The notes beneath the pieces were generated by a model. That model was not told the DNA's origin. It searched no databases and saw only the letters and a list, made by a program, of their open reading frames with translations. From assembly GCF_963921235.1 (NCBI RefSeq), contig NC_086097.1, positions 251,970,001 through 252,034,000 on the forward strand: a stretch of DNA of 64,000 nt. Reading direction: 5' to 3'. Positions within the stretch are counted from its first letter, which is position 1. Every line of letters starts with the position of its first letter. The stretch comes from Mobula hypostoma. Lineage: Eukaryota. A program made the translations under genes and the position numbers. Below, one piece after another: positions 49,740 through 63,719 of this stretch.

Positions 49740-50492
49740 GCTCCCCATTTATTGAGCATCTTTGCTCCATCTACAACAGGCAGGATTTCCTGATGGACAA
49801 CCATTTTAATTCCACTGCCAATTTCTATCCTGACATCTCAGTCCACTGCCACAATGAGGCCACATTCTGGTTAGAGTAGCAAGGCCAACCTGAAAGATCT
49901 TTCTTTCTTTCTTTCTTTCTTTCTCTCTCTCTATCTCTATCGTGGTTTTTGGTCTTTTTAAAAAATTGGGTTATTCTAATTTTTCACTCTGTGGCTACCT
50001 ATATATAAATAGACAAATTTCACTGTGTATAATTTACCCATTCTTTGATAATAAATGTGCTTTGAATCTTTGAACACCGTGTATTCTGCCTCAGTAGTCT
50101 CCAGCCTGATGGCATAAACATCACTTTCGCTAACTTCCAGTAATCTTCCCCCACCACCCCCCACTGGTCCTTTGTCTATCACCTTCCTCTGGTGTCCCTC
50201 CTGCTTTCCTTTATTCCATGGTCCACTCTCCTCTCCTATCAGATTCATTCTACTCCAACCCTTTACCTCTTCCACAAATCACCTCCCAACTTTTTACTGT
50301 AGTCCCCCTCTCCTAGCTTCACCTATCACCTTCCAGTTTGTACTCCTTCCCCTCCCCCACCTTCTTATTCTGGCTGCTTCCCCCTTCCCAGCTAGTCCTA
50401 ATGAAGGATCTGAGCCCAAAATGTTGCCTGTTTATTCCTCTCCTTCAGTGCTGCCTGACCTGCTGAGTTCCTCAAGCTTTTTGTGTGTGTCC
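49740..50492 (+). mobile_element. Degenerate PLE GIY-YIG C-terminus and pLTR, interrupted at 49883-50074
   Basis: 'HFNST...' and 'FCLSSLQPDGINITFANF' equivalents; degenerate hammerhead at 50394-50430. Confidence 0.7.
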
Positions 50493-50788
50493 TTTCGCAC
50501 ACGGCTCCCTCTCTGATTATTCTGCTCTCGTTTTTCAAACTTGCAGCTGATTTCTCACTCTGCACAGATTAGCAATTGGAAATCAATAAAATTTGCTAAT
50601 TAAGTTTAGGCCAACATTCATTTTGTGTGCTAATTATGCTGTGTGCTAACAACCCTTGTCAAGTAATGAAGACTAACAGCTGGTAAAGATTCTCTGAATA
50701 GCTTACAATCTTATTATTTATAAATGAAACAATTTCATGTTTTTGGAACTATAACATCTAACATGGGTTTTGTTTCTCCCGGATATAG

Positions 50789-50822
50789 GAGCGAGCTGGT
50801 AACTTTCATTAAGAGATTGAGT
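50789..50822 (+). CDS. INTS8: INTS8 coding exon (~exon 18, 34 nt)
   Basis: tatag|G...TTGAGT|gtaagc. Encodes SELVTFIKRLS; phase bridges exons 17 and 19. Confidence 0.88.
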
Positions 50823-51299
50823 GTAAGCATCTTGTTACTTGACCTTGTTTCCTTTTCTGTGTTAAGCTAAATGGAATCATTAGCAGGGTTGGTTTGAAAT
50901 TTAATAAGAATTATTCAAGATTGTTTAATGGCATTTCCTGTACACAAGTGTAAAGGAGAACAAAGTAATTGTTACTCCAGATCTGATGCAGCACAAAACA
51001 ACACTAAGACACAGAACACAATAATAAAAAAACAGTAAATATGCCATAAGATAGCCTATATACATAGCTTGATTGTACGTCCATAAAGTGAAGCTAGGCA
51101 CAGGAATAGCTCTACTAAGGCGACTGACCCGACAGGAAATGATAAAGTAGTGGTGGTTGGGGGTGTGGAGGGGTGGGTTAGTGGGTGGAGGTGTTGATCA
51201 GCCTCACTGCTTGTGGAAAGTAACTGTTTTTGAGTCTGGTGTTCCTGGTGTGGATGCTACATAGCCTCCTCCCTGATGGGAGTGGGACAGACAGTCCAT

Positions 51300-51745
51300 G
51301 ATTAGATTAGATTAGATTCAACTTTATTGTAATTGTGCTGAGTACAGATACAAAGCCAATGAAATGCATTTAGCATCTGACCAGAAATGCAAAGAAATAG
51401 TGTTATTTACAAAATAACTGCGAATTTAAAAAGTGCTACAGCACACAAATATAAAAGTACTGAGACATTACAATACGGATGCAATTCTGCTTAGCGCTGT
51501 GATGAGAGGTTCAGCAGTGTCACAGCCTCAGGGAAGAAGCTCTTCTTGTGCCTGCTGGTGTGGGAACTGAGACTCCTGTAGCGCCTACCGGATGGGAGGA
51601 GAGTAAAAAGTCCATGGTTAGGATGAGATACATCCTTGATAATGCTTTTCGCCCTGCCCAGGCAGCGTTTATGGTAGATGTTCTCAATGGTGGGCAATTG
51701 GGTGCCAATAATCCGTTGGGCAGTTTTCACCACACGCTGGAGTGC
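51300..51745 (-). mobile_element. Rex1/Babar-type 3' fragment
   Basis: ORF 51491-51775 'ALQRVVKTAQRIIGTQLP..HPNHGLFTLLPSGRRYRS'; (TCTAA)n tail. Confidence 0.8.
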
Positions 51746-53884
51746 ATCTTTCATGATGTTACTGGCCCTTTTCAAGGTTCAAAGATCCACTATTATCAAA
51801 ATACACAACTCTGAAATTCTTCTCCAGGTAGCCGTGAGACCAAGAAAGAAATGAAAGGCAGCTCAATCATCAACCCCCCCCCCCAAATCCCTCCTCCCCA
51901 CAAAAAAAAAGAACAAAAACAGAACAGGTACATCAACCCCACAAATACCTCCCCCTCCCCCACACAAAAAAATGAGGAAAATAGGGCAAAAAACACAAAC
52001 TACAAGAAAACTATAAGACTGAAGGAAGTCTCTAGTCCAAGTCCACATCCAAAACACAGAAAACCTGGGCAACATTCTGACACAGCAGCAGGCTCTCCCC
52101 TCTTCAGATCTAAAGGCTCACTCTCCACCCTTCCCTTGATGCCTCAGTTTCCCTGGTCACTTTAATCAGCACACAATGGAAGCTTTAATTGGCGAAATGG
52201 AGTGAAACATCGGCTTGCACCCAGTCTCGCAGCCTGCCCACCGTGAGGTTTGCGCACACTGCCTCTGTCTCCCGGAATCCTTGGAGAATGCAGAGCACTG
52301 AAGCACCCAAGCGAACTCCAAACTTCCACATTTGCCTTAATGTTTCAATTCTGCGCCTTTCTGTATATATGTCCTTGATGGCAGGTAGGTTGGTGCTGCA
52401 ATTACAATTGGTCTTGCAATAGGGTTCAAGAATTTGTATTTATGTAACATCTTTAACGATACAAAATGTTGCAAGGTACTTCACATAAGTGTTATCAATC
52501 AAAACTTTACATGCGTAAAGTTTTGGATTGGTGATAAAAGGCTTGCTCAAAGTGTTTGAGAGGCACTGCAGAGAAGAGTGGGACAGGGAATTTTGGGAGA
52601 GAATTGCAGAGGTATGGAACTAGATAAAGTGACGAGTAGAATGATTAATAAAATGGGGGATTGAGTTTAAGAGCCATGAGCTTAAATTAGAACATAGGAT
52701 AGTGCAGCTAGTACAGGCCCCTCAGCTCACGATGCAGTGCTACTCTATTAATCTACTCTAAGATCAACCTGACCCTTCCTATTCTTCTTGGTAAGCTCGT
52801 CACCCACACTGGGGCCAAGGCTGCCAACAGCAATCCACCAGAGCCCTCTGTCCTTGGCCAGTCATTCAAGCTGTAGCCCATTAAAGATCCTTCCTCTCCC
52901 GAGGGTGAGGTCTTTAGGGCTTCTGTTGGCACTTTAGCTCTGGGTTTTTAAACAATAGGTTGCTAGCTTCGTGCCCGACCCTCCTCCTCTCTTTTTATTG
53001 TGTTCAGTCTGGTCACCTCATTATTGGAAGGATGTGGAAGCTTTAGAGAGGGTGTAGAGGGCTGCCTGCATTAGAGACCAGGTGTTATAAGGACAGGATG
53101 AGTGAGCTGGGGCTTTTCTTTTTGGAGCGGAGGAAGAGGAGAGGTGACTTGTTAGAGGTGTACAAGTTGATAAGAGGCATAGATAGAGTGGACAGCCAGT
53201 GACAGTTTCCCGGGGCAGAAGTGGCTAATACCAAGAGGCGTAATTTGAAGGTGATTAGTGGGAAGTGTAGGGAGGATATGACCGGTATTTGAAGGTTTTT
53301 TTACATGGAGTGTTGGGTGTGTAGAACACCCTGCCAGGACCAGTGGTCACAGAGGCAGATACATTAGGGACATTTAAGAAACACTTAAATAGGCACGTGG
53401 ATAATAGACAAATGGTGGGCTATGTAGGTGGGAAGGGTTAAATTGATCCTAGAGAAGGTAAAAAGGTTGGCGCAACATCGTGGGCCAAAGAGCCTGTACT
53501 GTGCTAGATTCCATGTACATGTCCTGTCCACCCTGGGACCAGTGCTCAATTACTTTAATAGGAACCTGACCTGGCTCAATTTTTTTAAAATATTATCTAT
53601 AAAACAAAGAATAAAACATGAAAGAGCAGGTCTGGCTGAATCTGTAGAAAGACAGACAGCGTTAACTCTTCATCAGAATTGAAATGTTAATTTGGTTTCT
53701 CTTTCCCCTGACCTGTGGAATGTGGACAGCATTTTCTGTTTGTGTGTTATGTTTACAGTATCTGCAGTTTTGTTTTGCCTCGTTGCCTTCCTGCTGCAAG
53801 GAGACAAATTGCCCTTTAAACTGTGGACTGGTTGAGGTCAGACACCATTATTTGGAAGAGGGAGGTGATGATTATCGAATCAGT

Positions 53885-54400
53885 GTCATAGAAATCTACA
53901 GCACATTACTGGCTGTTCGGTCCACAATGCTGTGCTGACCATGTAACCCATTCTAGAAACTGCCTAGAATTTCCCTACTGCATAGCCCTCTGTTTTTCTA
54001 AGCTCCATGTACCTATCTAAGTGGCCGTCATAAAACCCTATTGTATCCACCTCTACCACCGTCTCTGGCAGTGTATTCCACACACCCACCACTCTCTGTA
54101 TCAAAAGCTTACCTCTGACATCCCCCTTGTATCTACTACCAAGCACCTTAAAACTATGCCCCCTCATGTTAGTGCCGGGTAAAAACCTCACAATCAATGC
54201 CCCTCATCGTCTTATACATCTCTGTCAGGTCACCTCTCATCCTCGGTCGCTCCAAGGAGAAAAGGCCAAGTTCACTAAACCTATTCTCATAAGGCATGCT
54301 CCCCAATCCAGGCAACATCCTTTTGAATCTCATCTGCACTCTCTCTATAGCATCCATATCCTTCCTGTAGTGAGGTGACCAGAACTGAGCACAGAACTGT
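53885..54400 (-). mobile_element. CR1 3' fragment
   Basis: 'AIERVQMRFKRMLPGLGSMPYENR'; same subfamily as 54860-55910. Confidence 0.85.
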
Positions 54401-54859
54401 TTGTTGATTTGATTCAGTGTGAAAGAGGCCCTTCTGGGCCAACGAGCCGCACCGTCCAGCGACCCACCTCTTTAATTCTAGCCTAATAACAGGACAATAT
54501 ACAATGACCTATTAACCTACGAACTGTGGGAGGAGACCTATGCCATCACAGAGGGGGATGTGCAAACTCCTTACAAAAAGCATCAGAAATGAATTCTGAA
54601 CTCTGATGCCTGAGCTGTAATAATGTTTCCCTAACCATCCAGATATTTCAGTTAGTTATTCTATCCCTGTGGACCACATTCTGAGCTGCCCAGAGGAGCA
54701 TGCATATAGAATATAGAGCATTTCAGCACAGTACAGGCCCTTTGCTCCGTGAAATTGTGCTGACCTTTTAACCCACTCTAAGATCAATCTAACCCTATGC
54801 AGCCCTCCATTTTCCTGTCATTATCATCATTATTATGTGCTGTGCCATTTCAAGAAAAG

Positions 54860-55910
54860 GAGTAGATTATTCAAGAAAAGGAGCAGAGATAGCCCAGGAG
54901 ATTATAGACCATTGAGTCTTACTTCACTGGTTGGTAAATTGATGGAGAAGATCCTAAGAGGTAGGATTTATGAACATTTGGAGAGGTATAATATGATTAG
55001 GAACAGTCAGCATGGCTTTGTCAAGGGCAGGTCATGTCTACGATGGAGGGCTGTCAGAGGTTACAGCGGGACATTGATAGGATGCAAAACTGGGCTGAGA
55101 AGTGGCAGATGGAGTTCAACCCAGATAAGTGTGAAGTGTTCATTTTGGTAGGTCAAATATGATGGCAGAATATAGTATTAATGGTAAGACTCTTGGCAGT
55201 GTGGAGGATCAGAGGGATCTTGGGGTCTGAGTCCATAGGATGCTCAAAGCAGCTGCACATGTTGACTCTGTGGTTAAGAAGGCATACGGTGTATTGGCCT
55301 TCATTAATTGTGGAATTAAATTTAGGAACCGAAAGGTAATGTTGCAGCTATATAGGACCCTAGTCAGACCCCACTTGGAGTACTGTGCTCAGTTCTGGTC
55401 ACCTTACTACAGGAAGGATGTGGAAGCCATAGAAAGGGTGCAGAGGAGATTTACAAGGATGTTGCCTGGATTGGGGAGCATGCCTTATGAAAACAGGTTG
55501 AGTGAACTGGTCCTTTTCTCCATGGAGCGATGGAGAATGAGAGGTGACCTGATAGAGGTGTATAAGATGATGAGAGGCATTGATTGTGTGGATAGTCAGA
55601 GGCTTTTTCCCAGGGCTGAAATGGTTGCCACAAGAGGACACAGGTTTAAGATGCTGGGGGGTAGGTACAGAGGCGATGTCAGGGGTAAGTTTTTTACGCA
55701 GAGAGTGGTGAGTGCGTGAAATGGGCTGCTGGCAATGGTGGTGGAGGTGGATACGATAGGGTCTTTTAAGAGACTTTTGGATAGGTGCATGGAGCTTAGA
55801 AAAATAGAGGGCTATGGGTAACCCTAGTAATTTCTAAGGTAGGGACATGTTCGGCACAACTTTGTGGGCCGAAGGGCCTGTATTGTGCTGTAGGTTTTCT
55901 ATGTTTCTAT
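54860..55910 (+). mobile_element. CR1 ORF2 fragment with internal deletion and 3' tail
   Basis: ORFs 54837-55151 and 55240-55719; TTTCTATG tail. Confidence 0.9.
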
Positions 55911-55974
55911 GTAGGTGATCATGATTGACCATGATTGTTTTTGGCAAATTTTTCTACAGATGGCCTTCTTCTGG

Positions 55975-56315
55975 ATGAAATGATTGTTGGTGCCAGATGG
56001 GGTGGTTTGAGTGTCTCAGAAACTGCTGATCTCCTGGGATTTTCACACACAGCAGTCTCCAGAGTTTACAGAGAACGGTGCAAGAAACAAAAAACATTCA
56101 GTGAGCAGCAGTTCTGTGTGGGAAAATGCCTTGTTAATGAGAGAGGTCAGAGGAGAATGGCCAGACTGGTTCAAGGTGACAGTAACTCAAATGACCACAC
56201 ATTACAACAGTGGTGTGCAGAAGAGCATCTCTAAACGCACAGCTCATTGAGCCTTGAAGTGGGTGGACTGCACCAGGTTCCGCTCCAGTGCCTAATAAAG
56301 TGTTCCCTGAGTGAA
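55975..56315 (+). mobile_element. Tc1-like transposase HTH fragment and terminal repeat
   Basis: 'MIVGARWGGLSVSETADLLGFSHTAVSRVYRE'; end CCTAATAAAGTGTTCCCTGAGTG. Confidence 0.75.
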
Positions 56316-56407
56316 TATGACTGTTTTGTAAAGATGCTTGCTAATATAAAATGACCAAAAATCTTGAACAGATCGAACTTAATGAATTATATCATTGTTT
56401 TTTTCAG

Positions 56408-56467
56408 GATCCATTGGTGCTTACAATATTAATCTCCCTCTTTGTGAAGTTACACAATATTGTTCGG
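56408..56467 (+). CDS. INTS8: INTS8 coding exon (~exon 19)
   Basis: tttcag|GAT...GTTCGG|gtttgt. Encodes DPLVLTILISLFVKLHNIVR. Confidence 0.9.
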
Positions 56468-56888
56468 GTTTGTATTGCTTAATATTTTTAAATCAAGTTC
56501 AAATTTAATTACCTAATGAAAAATACAGCGAAATGAAACAACATTACTCTGGGTGTTAAGGCGCAAAACACAGTACCAACAGTCACACACAGCACAAGGT
56601 ACATGTAGTACATATAAGATAGCGGTAAAATATAGTCATACAAATATATATATGGCCGAAGTCCCTTAGCGACATATTCTGTATATTGATGGTATATGGG
56701 TATTACAGACAAGAACAAGCAGTTCTCAACAGTCTACAGACAACGTACGCAGACACACACACAATCCAGCTTGTCATTTCACTGGTTGAACACTGGAGGG
56801 CAGTGAGGACATTTAAACAAATATTACACTTGTATAGTGAATTAATATTACCTGTTATCATACGTTGATATGATTTTTCCTGTGACAG

Positions 56889-56950
56889 GATGACATTGTA
56901 AATGACGTCACTGCCGAGTACATGTCTATTTGGCCAACGTCCGTCCCGAA
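56889..56950 (+). CDS. INTS8: INTS8 coding exon (~exon 20)
   Basis: gacag|GAT...CCGAA|gtaagt. Encodes DDIVNDVTAEYMSIWPTSVP(N). Confidence 0.92.
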
Positions 56951-57034
56951 GTAAGTACAATGGCCATTACAGTCATTCAGGTGACTCTGATACGTGTTTG
57001 CGTGGGTTGTGTACACTTGTCTACTGATTTAATT

Positions 57035-58892
57035 TCATAGAAACATAGAAAATAGGTGCAGGAGTAGGCCATTCGGCCCTTCGAGCCTGCACCGCCATTT
57101 ATTATGATCATGGCTGATCATCCAACTCAGAACCCCGCCCCAGCCTTCCCTCCATACCCCCTGACCCCTGTAGCCACAAGGGCCATATCTAACTCCCTCT
57201 TAAACATAGCCAATGAACTGGCCTCAACAGTTTGCTGTGGCAGAGAATTCCACAGATTCACCACTCTCTGTGTGAAGAAGTTTTTCCTAATCTCGGTCCT
57301 AAAAGGCTTCCCCTCTATCCTCAAACTGTGACCCCTCGTTCTGGACCTCCCCAACATCGGGAACAATCTTCCCGCATCTAGCCTGTCCAATCCCTTTAGG
57401 ATCTTATACGTTTCAATCAGATCCCCCCTCAATCTTCTAAATTCCAATGAGTACAAGCCCAGTTCATCCAGTCTTTCTTCATATGAAAGACCTGCCATCC
57501 CAGGAATCAATCTGGTGAACCTTCTTTGTACTCCCTCTATGGCAAAGATGTCTTTCCTCAGATTAGGGGACCAAAACTGCACACAATACTCCAGGTGTGG
57601 TCTCACCAAGGCCTTGTACAACTGCAGTAGTACCTCCCTGCTCCTGTACTCGAATCCTCTCGCTATAAATGCCAGCATACCGTTCGCCTTTTTCACCGCC
57701 TGCTGTACCTGCATGCCCACTTTCAATGACTGGTGTATAATGACACCCAGGTCTCGTTGCACCTCCCCCTTTCCTAATCGGCCACCATTCAGATAATAAT
57801 CTGTTTTCCTATTTTTGCCACCAAAGTGGATAACTTCACATTTATCCACATTAAATTGCATCTGCCATGAGCTTGCCCACTCACCCAACCTATCCAAGTC
57901 ACCCTGCATCCTCTTAGCATCCTCCTCACTGCTAACACTGCCACCCAGCTTCGTGCCATCCGCTAACTTGGAGATGCTGCATTTAATTCCCTCATCCAAG
58001 TCATTAATATATATTGTAAACAACTGGGGTCCCAGCACTGAGCCTTGCGGTACCCCACTAGTCACCGCCTGCCATTCTGAAAAGGTCCCGTTTATTCCCA
58101 CTCTTTGTTTCCTGTCTGCTAACCAATTCTCCACCCACACCAATACCTTACCCCCAATGCCGTGTGCTTTAAGTTTGCACACTAATCTCCTGTGTGGGAC
58201 CTTGTCAAAAGCCTTTTGAAAATCCAAATATACCACATCCACTGGTTCTCCCCTATCCACTCTACTAGTTACATCCTCAAAAAATTCTATGAGATTCGTC
58301 AGACATGATTTTCCTTTCACAAATCCATGCTGACTTTGTCCGATCATTTCACCGCTTTCCAAATGTGCTGTTATCACATCCTTGATAACTGACTCCAGCA
58401 GTTTCCCCACCACCGACGTTAGGCTAACCGGCCTATAATTCCCCGGTTTCTCTCTCCCTCCTTTTTTAAAAAGTGGGGTTACATTAGCCACCCTCCAATC
58501 CTCAGGAACTAGTCCAGAATCTAACGAGTTTTGAAAAATTATCACTAATGCATCCACTATTTCTTGGGCTACCTCCTTAAGCACTCTAGGATGCAGACCA
58601 TCTGGCCCTAGGGATTTATCTGCCTTCAATCCCTTCAATTTACCTAACACCACTTCCCTACTAACATGTATTTCACTCAGTTCCTCCATCTCACTGGACC
58701 CTCTGTCCCTTACTATTTCTGGAAGATTATTTATGTCCTCCTTAGTGAAGACAGAACCAAAGTAATTATTCAATTGGTCTGCCATGTCCTTGCTCCCCAT
58801 AATCAATTCACCTGTTTCTGTCTGCAGGGGACCTACATTTGTCTTTATCAGTCTTTTCCTTTTTACATATCTATAAAAGCTTTTACAGTCCA
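57035..58892 (-). mobile_element. Young 5'-truncated CR1 LINE with uninterrupted RT reading frame
   Basis: ORF 57127-58914 (595 aa) with 'NYRPVSLTS', 'LDFQKAFDKVPH', 'GVPQGSVLGP' and 'KLADGTK'; (TTTCTATG) tail; candidate TTAATT duplication at 57029-57034 and 58893-58898. Confidence 0.97.
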
Positions 58893-58943
58893 TTAATTGA
58901 ATAGCTTGTCTCACAAACGTTTGCTTTGCATTTGATTTCTAAG

Positions 58944-59062
58944 CTTGCAGTCGGTGGACGTTGAAGCAGTTGCTGTCACGATGAGGGAGATGGTCAGTTA
59001 TTCATTAAACATCAACGCCAATAACCACTGTTGGTTAGCTACCCAGGCAGATATTTACTTCG
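58944..59062 (+). CDS. INTS8: INTS8 coding exon (~exon 21); gene continues beyond the window
   Basis: tctaag|C...TTCG|gtaac. Encodes LQSVDVEAVAVTMREMVSYSLNINANNHCWLATQADIYF. Confidence 0.93.
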
Positions 59063-60962
59063 GTAACTATAACGTCTTTTAAATTACCATCAATGTATTT
59101 GTTGATTTTGGGAGTGTTCTTTTGTTCGTTTGTTATGTGCCGTGTCATATGATGTGGGTGATCATGATCTTTCCATGACTATGATTGTTCTTGACAGATT
59201 TTTCCACAAAAGTGGTTTGCCATTGTCTTCTTCTGGGCAGTGCCTTTACAAGACAGGTGACCTCAGCCATTATCAATACACTTTGGAGATTATCTGCCTG
59301 GTGTCGGTGGTCCCATAACCAGGACTTGTGATATTCGCCTAATCGATGGCTTCACATGACCCTGATCAGGGGGAGGGGTGGGAAGTGGTGAGCAGATGCT
59401 ACACCTTGCCCAAGGGTGACCTGCAGGTTAGCAGAGGGACGGAGCGTCTTGTGCCTCCTTTGGTAGAGATTTATCCATTGCATAGGACTATCTTACTGTG
59501 ATTAGTATTCAGGGCTGACGTTATCAAAATTAGTATGGCTCAACTGTTAGCACTGCTGTTGTGAGTTCTGTTGGAAACCTTCCTCCACCCCCAACCACCA
59601 CAGCTTTATCATTTCCTGTCAGTCACCTTATGTACAGACACTCCTGTGCCCAGCTTCACTTTACTGACATACTATCAGTCTATATATATATATATAAGCT
59701 ATCTTATGCACTTAGATTTATTATGGGTTTTTTTTATTGTGTTCTTTATCTTACTGTGGTGTTTTTGTGCTGTATCGAATCTGGAGTAACAATTATTTCA
59801 TTCTCCTTTACACTTGTGACTTAAACAATCTTCAATCTTGAAAATTTCACTCTCAATCCCTACTCATTTTTGTGGTCTGCCTATCTTAATCACACTTCCT
59901 GCAATAGGTCTTCGCTGTGGAAGCTATGATTCTTTTAATTACACATTTAAGTAGCTATGGACTCACTTTCATGTACTTGTGTTCTCAGTATTATTTACAG
60001 TACAATGCAAAAGCTATATATATGTATGTGTGCCTGAGACTTTTGTACAGAATGTATTTACTATTTTTTTGAATTTGCACAGATTGTCTAGTTTTGCACA
60101 TTGGTTGTTTGTCAATCCTAGCGTGTAGTTTTTCATTGATTTTATTATGTTTCTTTGTTGTACTGTGTATGCCTGCAAGAAAATGTATCTCCATATAAGT
60201 CACCTGCCCTAAACAGCAGTGACATAACGTACAGTAAGTAAGCGAATTGAGTGAGTACATAGAAAAGACTGTTTTTCCTGTGCACTTGCACAACTTACCA
60301 CTAACTTACTGCCAGTTACACCACTGCTGTTCAGGGCAGCAATAAAAGTCCTCCATCTCTGGTGGTGTCAGTAGCTTCCTCGGTTTACACTACTGTCAGT
60401 CACGCAAGTCCAGGTGGAGACTGAGGAATACCGTCGCACTCAGGTGTAGAAGGATTCTTCGTTGTGGTTTCCATAACAAATTTGGTTGACCAATTGATTG
60501 TTAGCCCTGAGATGAACTCTCCTGACCCTGAAGGATTGTAAGTAAAAGAGTACATACATGTCACCACATACAACCCTGAGATTCAGTTTCTGCGGATATA
60601 TATAAATAGCAATAAATAACCAGCATGAAATAACAATATAACAAAGTCCTTAAATGAGTGTAGTCCCTTTTTGTTCAAGAGCCTGATGATTGAGGGGTAG
60701 TAACTATAATATTGAGAACAAGAATTGCAGAGTGCTAGATTTTCATGAGTTGGCGTTTACTGGTGGTTTTCCTGTAACACCATGGTTGCATTCATAAGAT
60801 CCTTGTTATTTAAAAGATATCATGTGATAAAAATAATTGTGTTAATCAGAAAAATGAGTTAGGGCTCAAGTTTCATACTCACCATAACAAAGCTGGGGCA
60901 CCACAGTGGCATAGTGGTTAGTGTGACACTCACAGCTCGGAGCGTCGAAAGTTCAGCTTAAG

Positions 60963-62955
60963 GTGAAAGAACCCTTCGGGGCAAGTGACCATGATATGAT
61001 CAAATTCTCCCTGACATTTGAGAAAGAGAAGCTGAAGTCAGATACATCAGTATTACAGTGGAGTAAAGGGAATTACGGAGACAGGAGCGAGGAGTTGGCC
61101 AGAACTGATTGCAGAAGAACACTGGCAGGATTGACAACAGAGCACCAACGGCTGGAATTTCTGGAAGCAATTCAGAAGGCACAGGATATATAGGGTACAT
61201 CCCAAAGAGGAAGATGTATTCTAAAGGAAAGATGACACAATCATGGCTAACAAGAGAAGTCAGTGCTTCCATAAAAGCCAAAGAGAGGGCACAGAAGTTA
61301 GTGGGAAGTTAGAGGATTGGGAAGCTTTTAAAAACAACAGAAGGTAAGTAAATAAGTCACTAAGAAGGTAAAGATGGAATGCAAATAAGCTAGCCAATAA
61401 TATTAAAGAGAATACCAAAAGTTTTTTAAGATACAATAAGTGTAAAAGAGAGGCTAGAGTGGATATTGGACTGCTGGAAAACGATGCTGGAGAGGTAGTA
61501 ATGGGGACAACAAAATAGTGGACAAATTAAATAAGTATTTTGCATCAGTCTTCACTGTGGAAGACACTAACAGTATGGTGAAATCTCTAGGTTTCAGGAG
61601 TCATGAAGTATGTAAAGTTACCATAGCTAGACAGAAGGTTTATGGGAAACTGAAAGATCTGAAGGTAGATAAGTCACCTGGAGCAGATGGTGTACACCCC
61701 AGAGTTCTGAACGAGGGAGCCGAAGAGATTCTGGAGGCATTAGTAATGATCTTTCAAGAATTGTTAGATTCTGGAATGGTTCTGGAAGACTGGAAAATTG
61801 TAAATGTCACTCCACTCTTCAAAAGGGACAGAGGCAGAAGAAAGGAAACTATAGGCCAGTTAGTCTGACCTCAGTGGTTGGGAAAGATTTGGAGTTCATT
61901 ATTAAGGATGAGGTCTCAGGGTACTTGGAGGCTCATGATAAAATAGGCCATAGTCAGCATGGTTTCCTCAAGGGAAAATCTTACCTGACAAATCTGCTGG
62001 AATTCTTTGAAGGATTAATAAGCAAGATAGACAAAGGAGAATCGGTTGATGTTGTGTACTTGGATTTTCAGAAGGCCTTTGACAAGGTGGCACACGTGAG
62101 GCTGCTTTAACAAGCTACGATCCCATAGTATTACAGGAAAGATCCTAGCATGGATAAAGCAGTGACTGATTGTCAGGAGGCAAAGAGTGGGAATAAAGGA
62201 AGCATTTTCTGACTAGCTGCCAGTGACTAGTCGTGTTCCACAGGGGTCTGTGTTGGGACCAATTCTTTTTACATTGTATGTCAATGATTTGGATGATGGA
62301 ATTGATGGCTTTGTTGCAATTTTATTCAAAAATACGAAGATAGGTGGAGGGGCAGGTAGTTTTGAGGAAGTAGAGAGACTACAGAGGGACTTAGACAGAT
62401 TAGGAGAATGGGCAAAGAAATGGCAGATGGCATACAGTGTCAAGAAGTGTATGGACATGCACTTCAGTAGAAGAAATGAAATGGTATTTATTCCAGGTTT
62501 GAATGCCTTGTCAGATGAAAAGCGTTTGGTGGCTCTGGGTCTGTATTCACTAGAATTCTGAAGAATAAATGGTGAACTCATTGAAACCTATCGAATGGTG
62601 AAAGGACTAGATAGAGTGGATCTAGAGGGGATGTTTCCTATGGTAGGAGTGTCTAAGACCACCAGAGGACTCAGCTTCACAAATAGAGGGGTGTCCTTTG
62701 AGAACCGAGATGAGGAGGAATTTCTTGAGCATAGAGTGGTGAGTCTGAGGAATTCTTTGCTACAAGCAGCTGTGGAGACCGGGTTTTCATGTATATTTAA
62801 GGCAGAGGTTGATAATTTCTTGATTGGTCAGGGCAGGTAGAGATATGGGGATTGGGACTGAGAGGGAAATTGAATCAGCCATGATGAAATGGTGGAGCAG
62901 ACTCGAGGGGCCAAATGGTCTAATTGTGCTCCTTTGTCTTATGGTCTTGTGGTCT
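60963..62955 (+). mobile_element. Degenerate CR1 ORF2 (endonuclease end through 3' UTR)
   Basis: ORFs 60963, 61518, 61874, 62223 and 62595 with RT motifs; multiple stops and frameshifts. Confidence 0.92.
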
Positions 62956-63719
62956 AAATGTACTCAGGGCTGCATGTTACAATGTTATATGACTATCTTT
63001 GCACAAATACCAATTGAATTGATTGCCTGTTTAATGGCTTCCCAAGGTGAAACCAACGCTCAATGGAGTCTGACTATGCTGGCAAGGGCATATGCAAACA
63101 GTTTCTATGTCTAGTACCACTTCTCTCCTGCCTGTCCATTTCCAAAGTAATAAAGTGGTTCTTTAATTCGCAGGTGAAATTGTGTTCAAATCATTCCAGC
63201 CCACATAATACAGATAATGTTTCCTGATTCATCAATGGCGGTATATACAATATGCAATTTGGAGCACATTGCAGCAGCGTTACCTGTACAAAGATCAATT
63301 AACCTATGTTTAACAAAAGTTCCATTAGCAATCCCCAGGCCTGAGGGTGCCAAATTTAGGGGAATTATGTACAGATTACTTGAAGGTTTAAGATTATAAG
63401 GCATAGGAGCAGAAAGAGACCATTCAGCCCATTGTCTGCCATTCCATCGTGGCTGATTTATCATCCCTCTGAAACCCATTCTCCTTCTTTCTACCTGTAA
63501 CCTTTGACACTCTTGCTAATCAAAAACCTATCAACCTCCATTGTAAATATACTCAATGACTTGGCCTCCATAGCTGTCTGTGGCAATGAATTTCACAGAC
63601 TCACCACCCTCTGGCAAAAGAAACTCTTTCTCTTCTCTGTTCTGATGCAATATGAAAAGTGGCCCTTTTTAATGCTTGCCCTGGATTTGTCGGCCTGCCA
63701 CTTTTACTTTTCTCCTTTG

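Noticed and set aside
57127..58914. 595-aa ORF as a host gene or domesticated RT
   Set aside because: It is a 5'-truncated CR1 ORF2 with a typical tail; the start codon comes from flanking intron and near-identical 3' fragments occur elsewhere in the window.
3423..59062. U12-type introns or intronic snoRNAs in INTS8
   Set aside because: All donors are ordinary GT with no GTATCCT signature, and I saw no convincing C/D or H/ACA box arrangement by eye; a covariance-model search was not possible.
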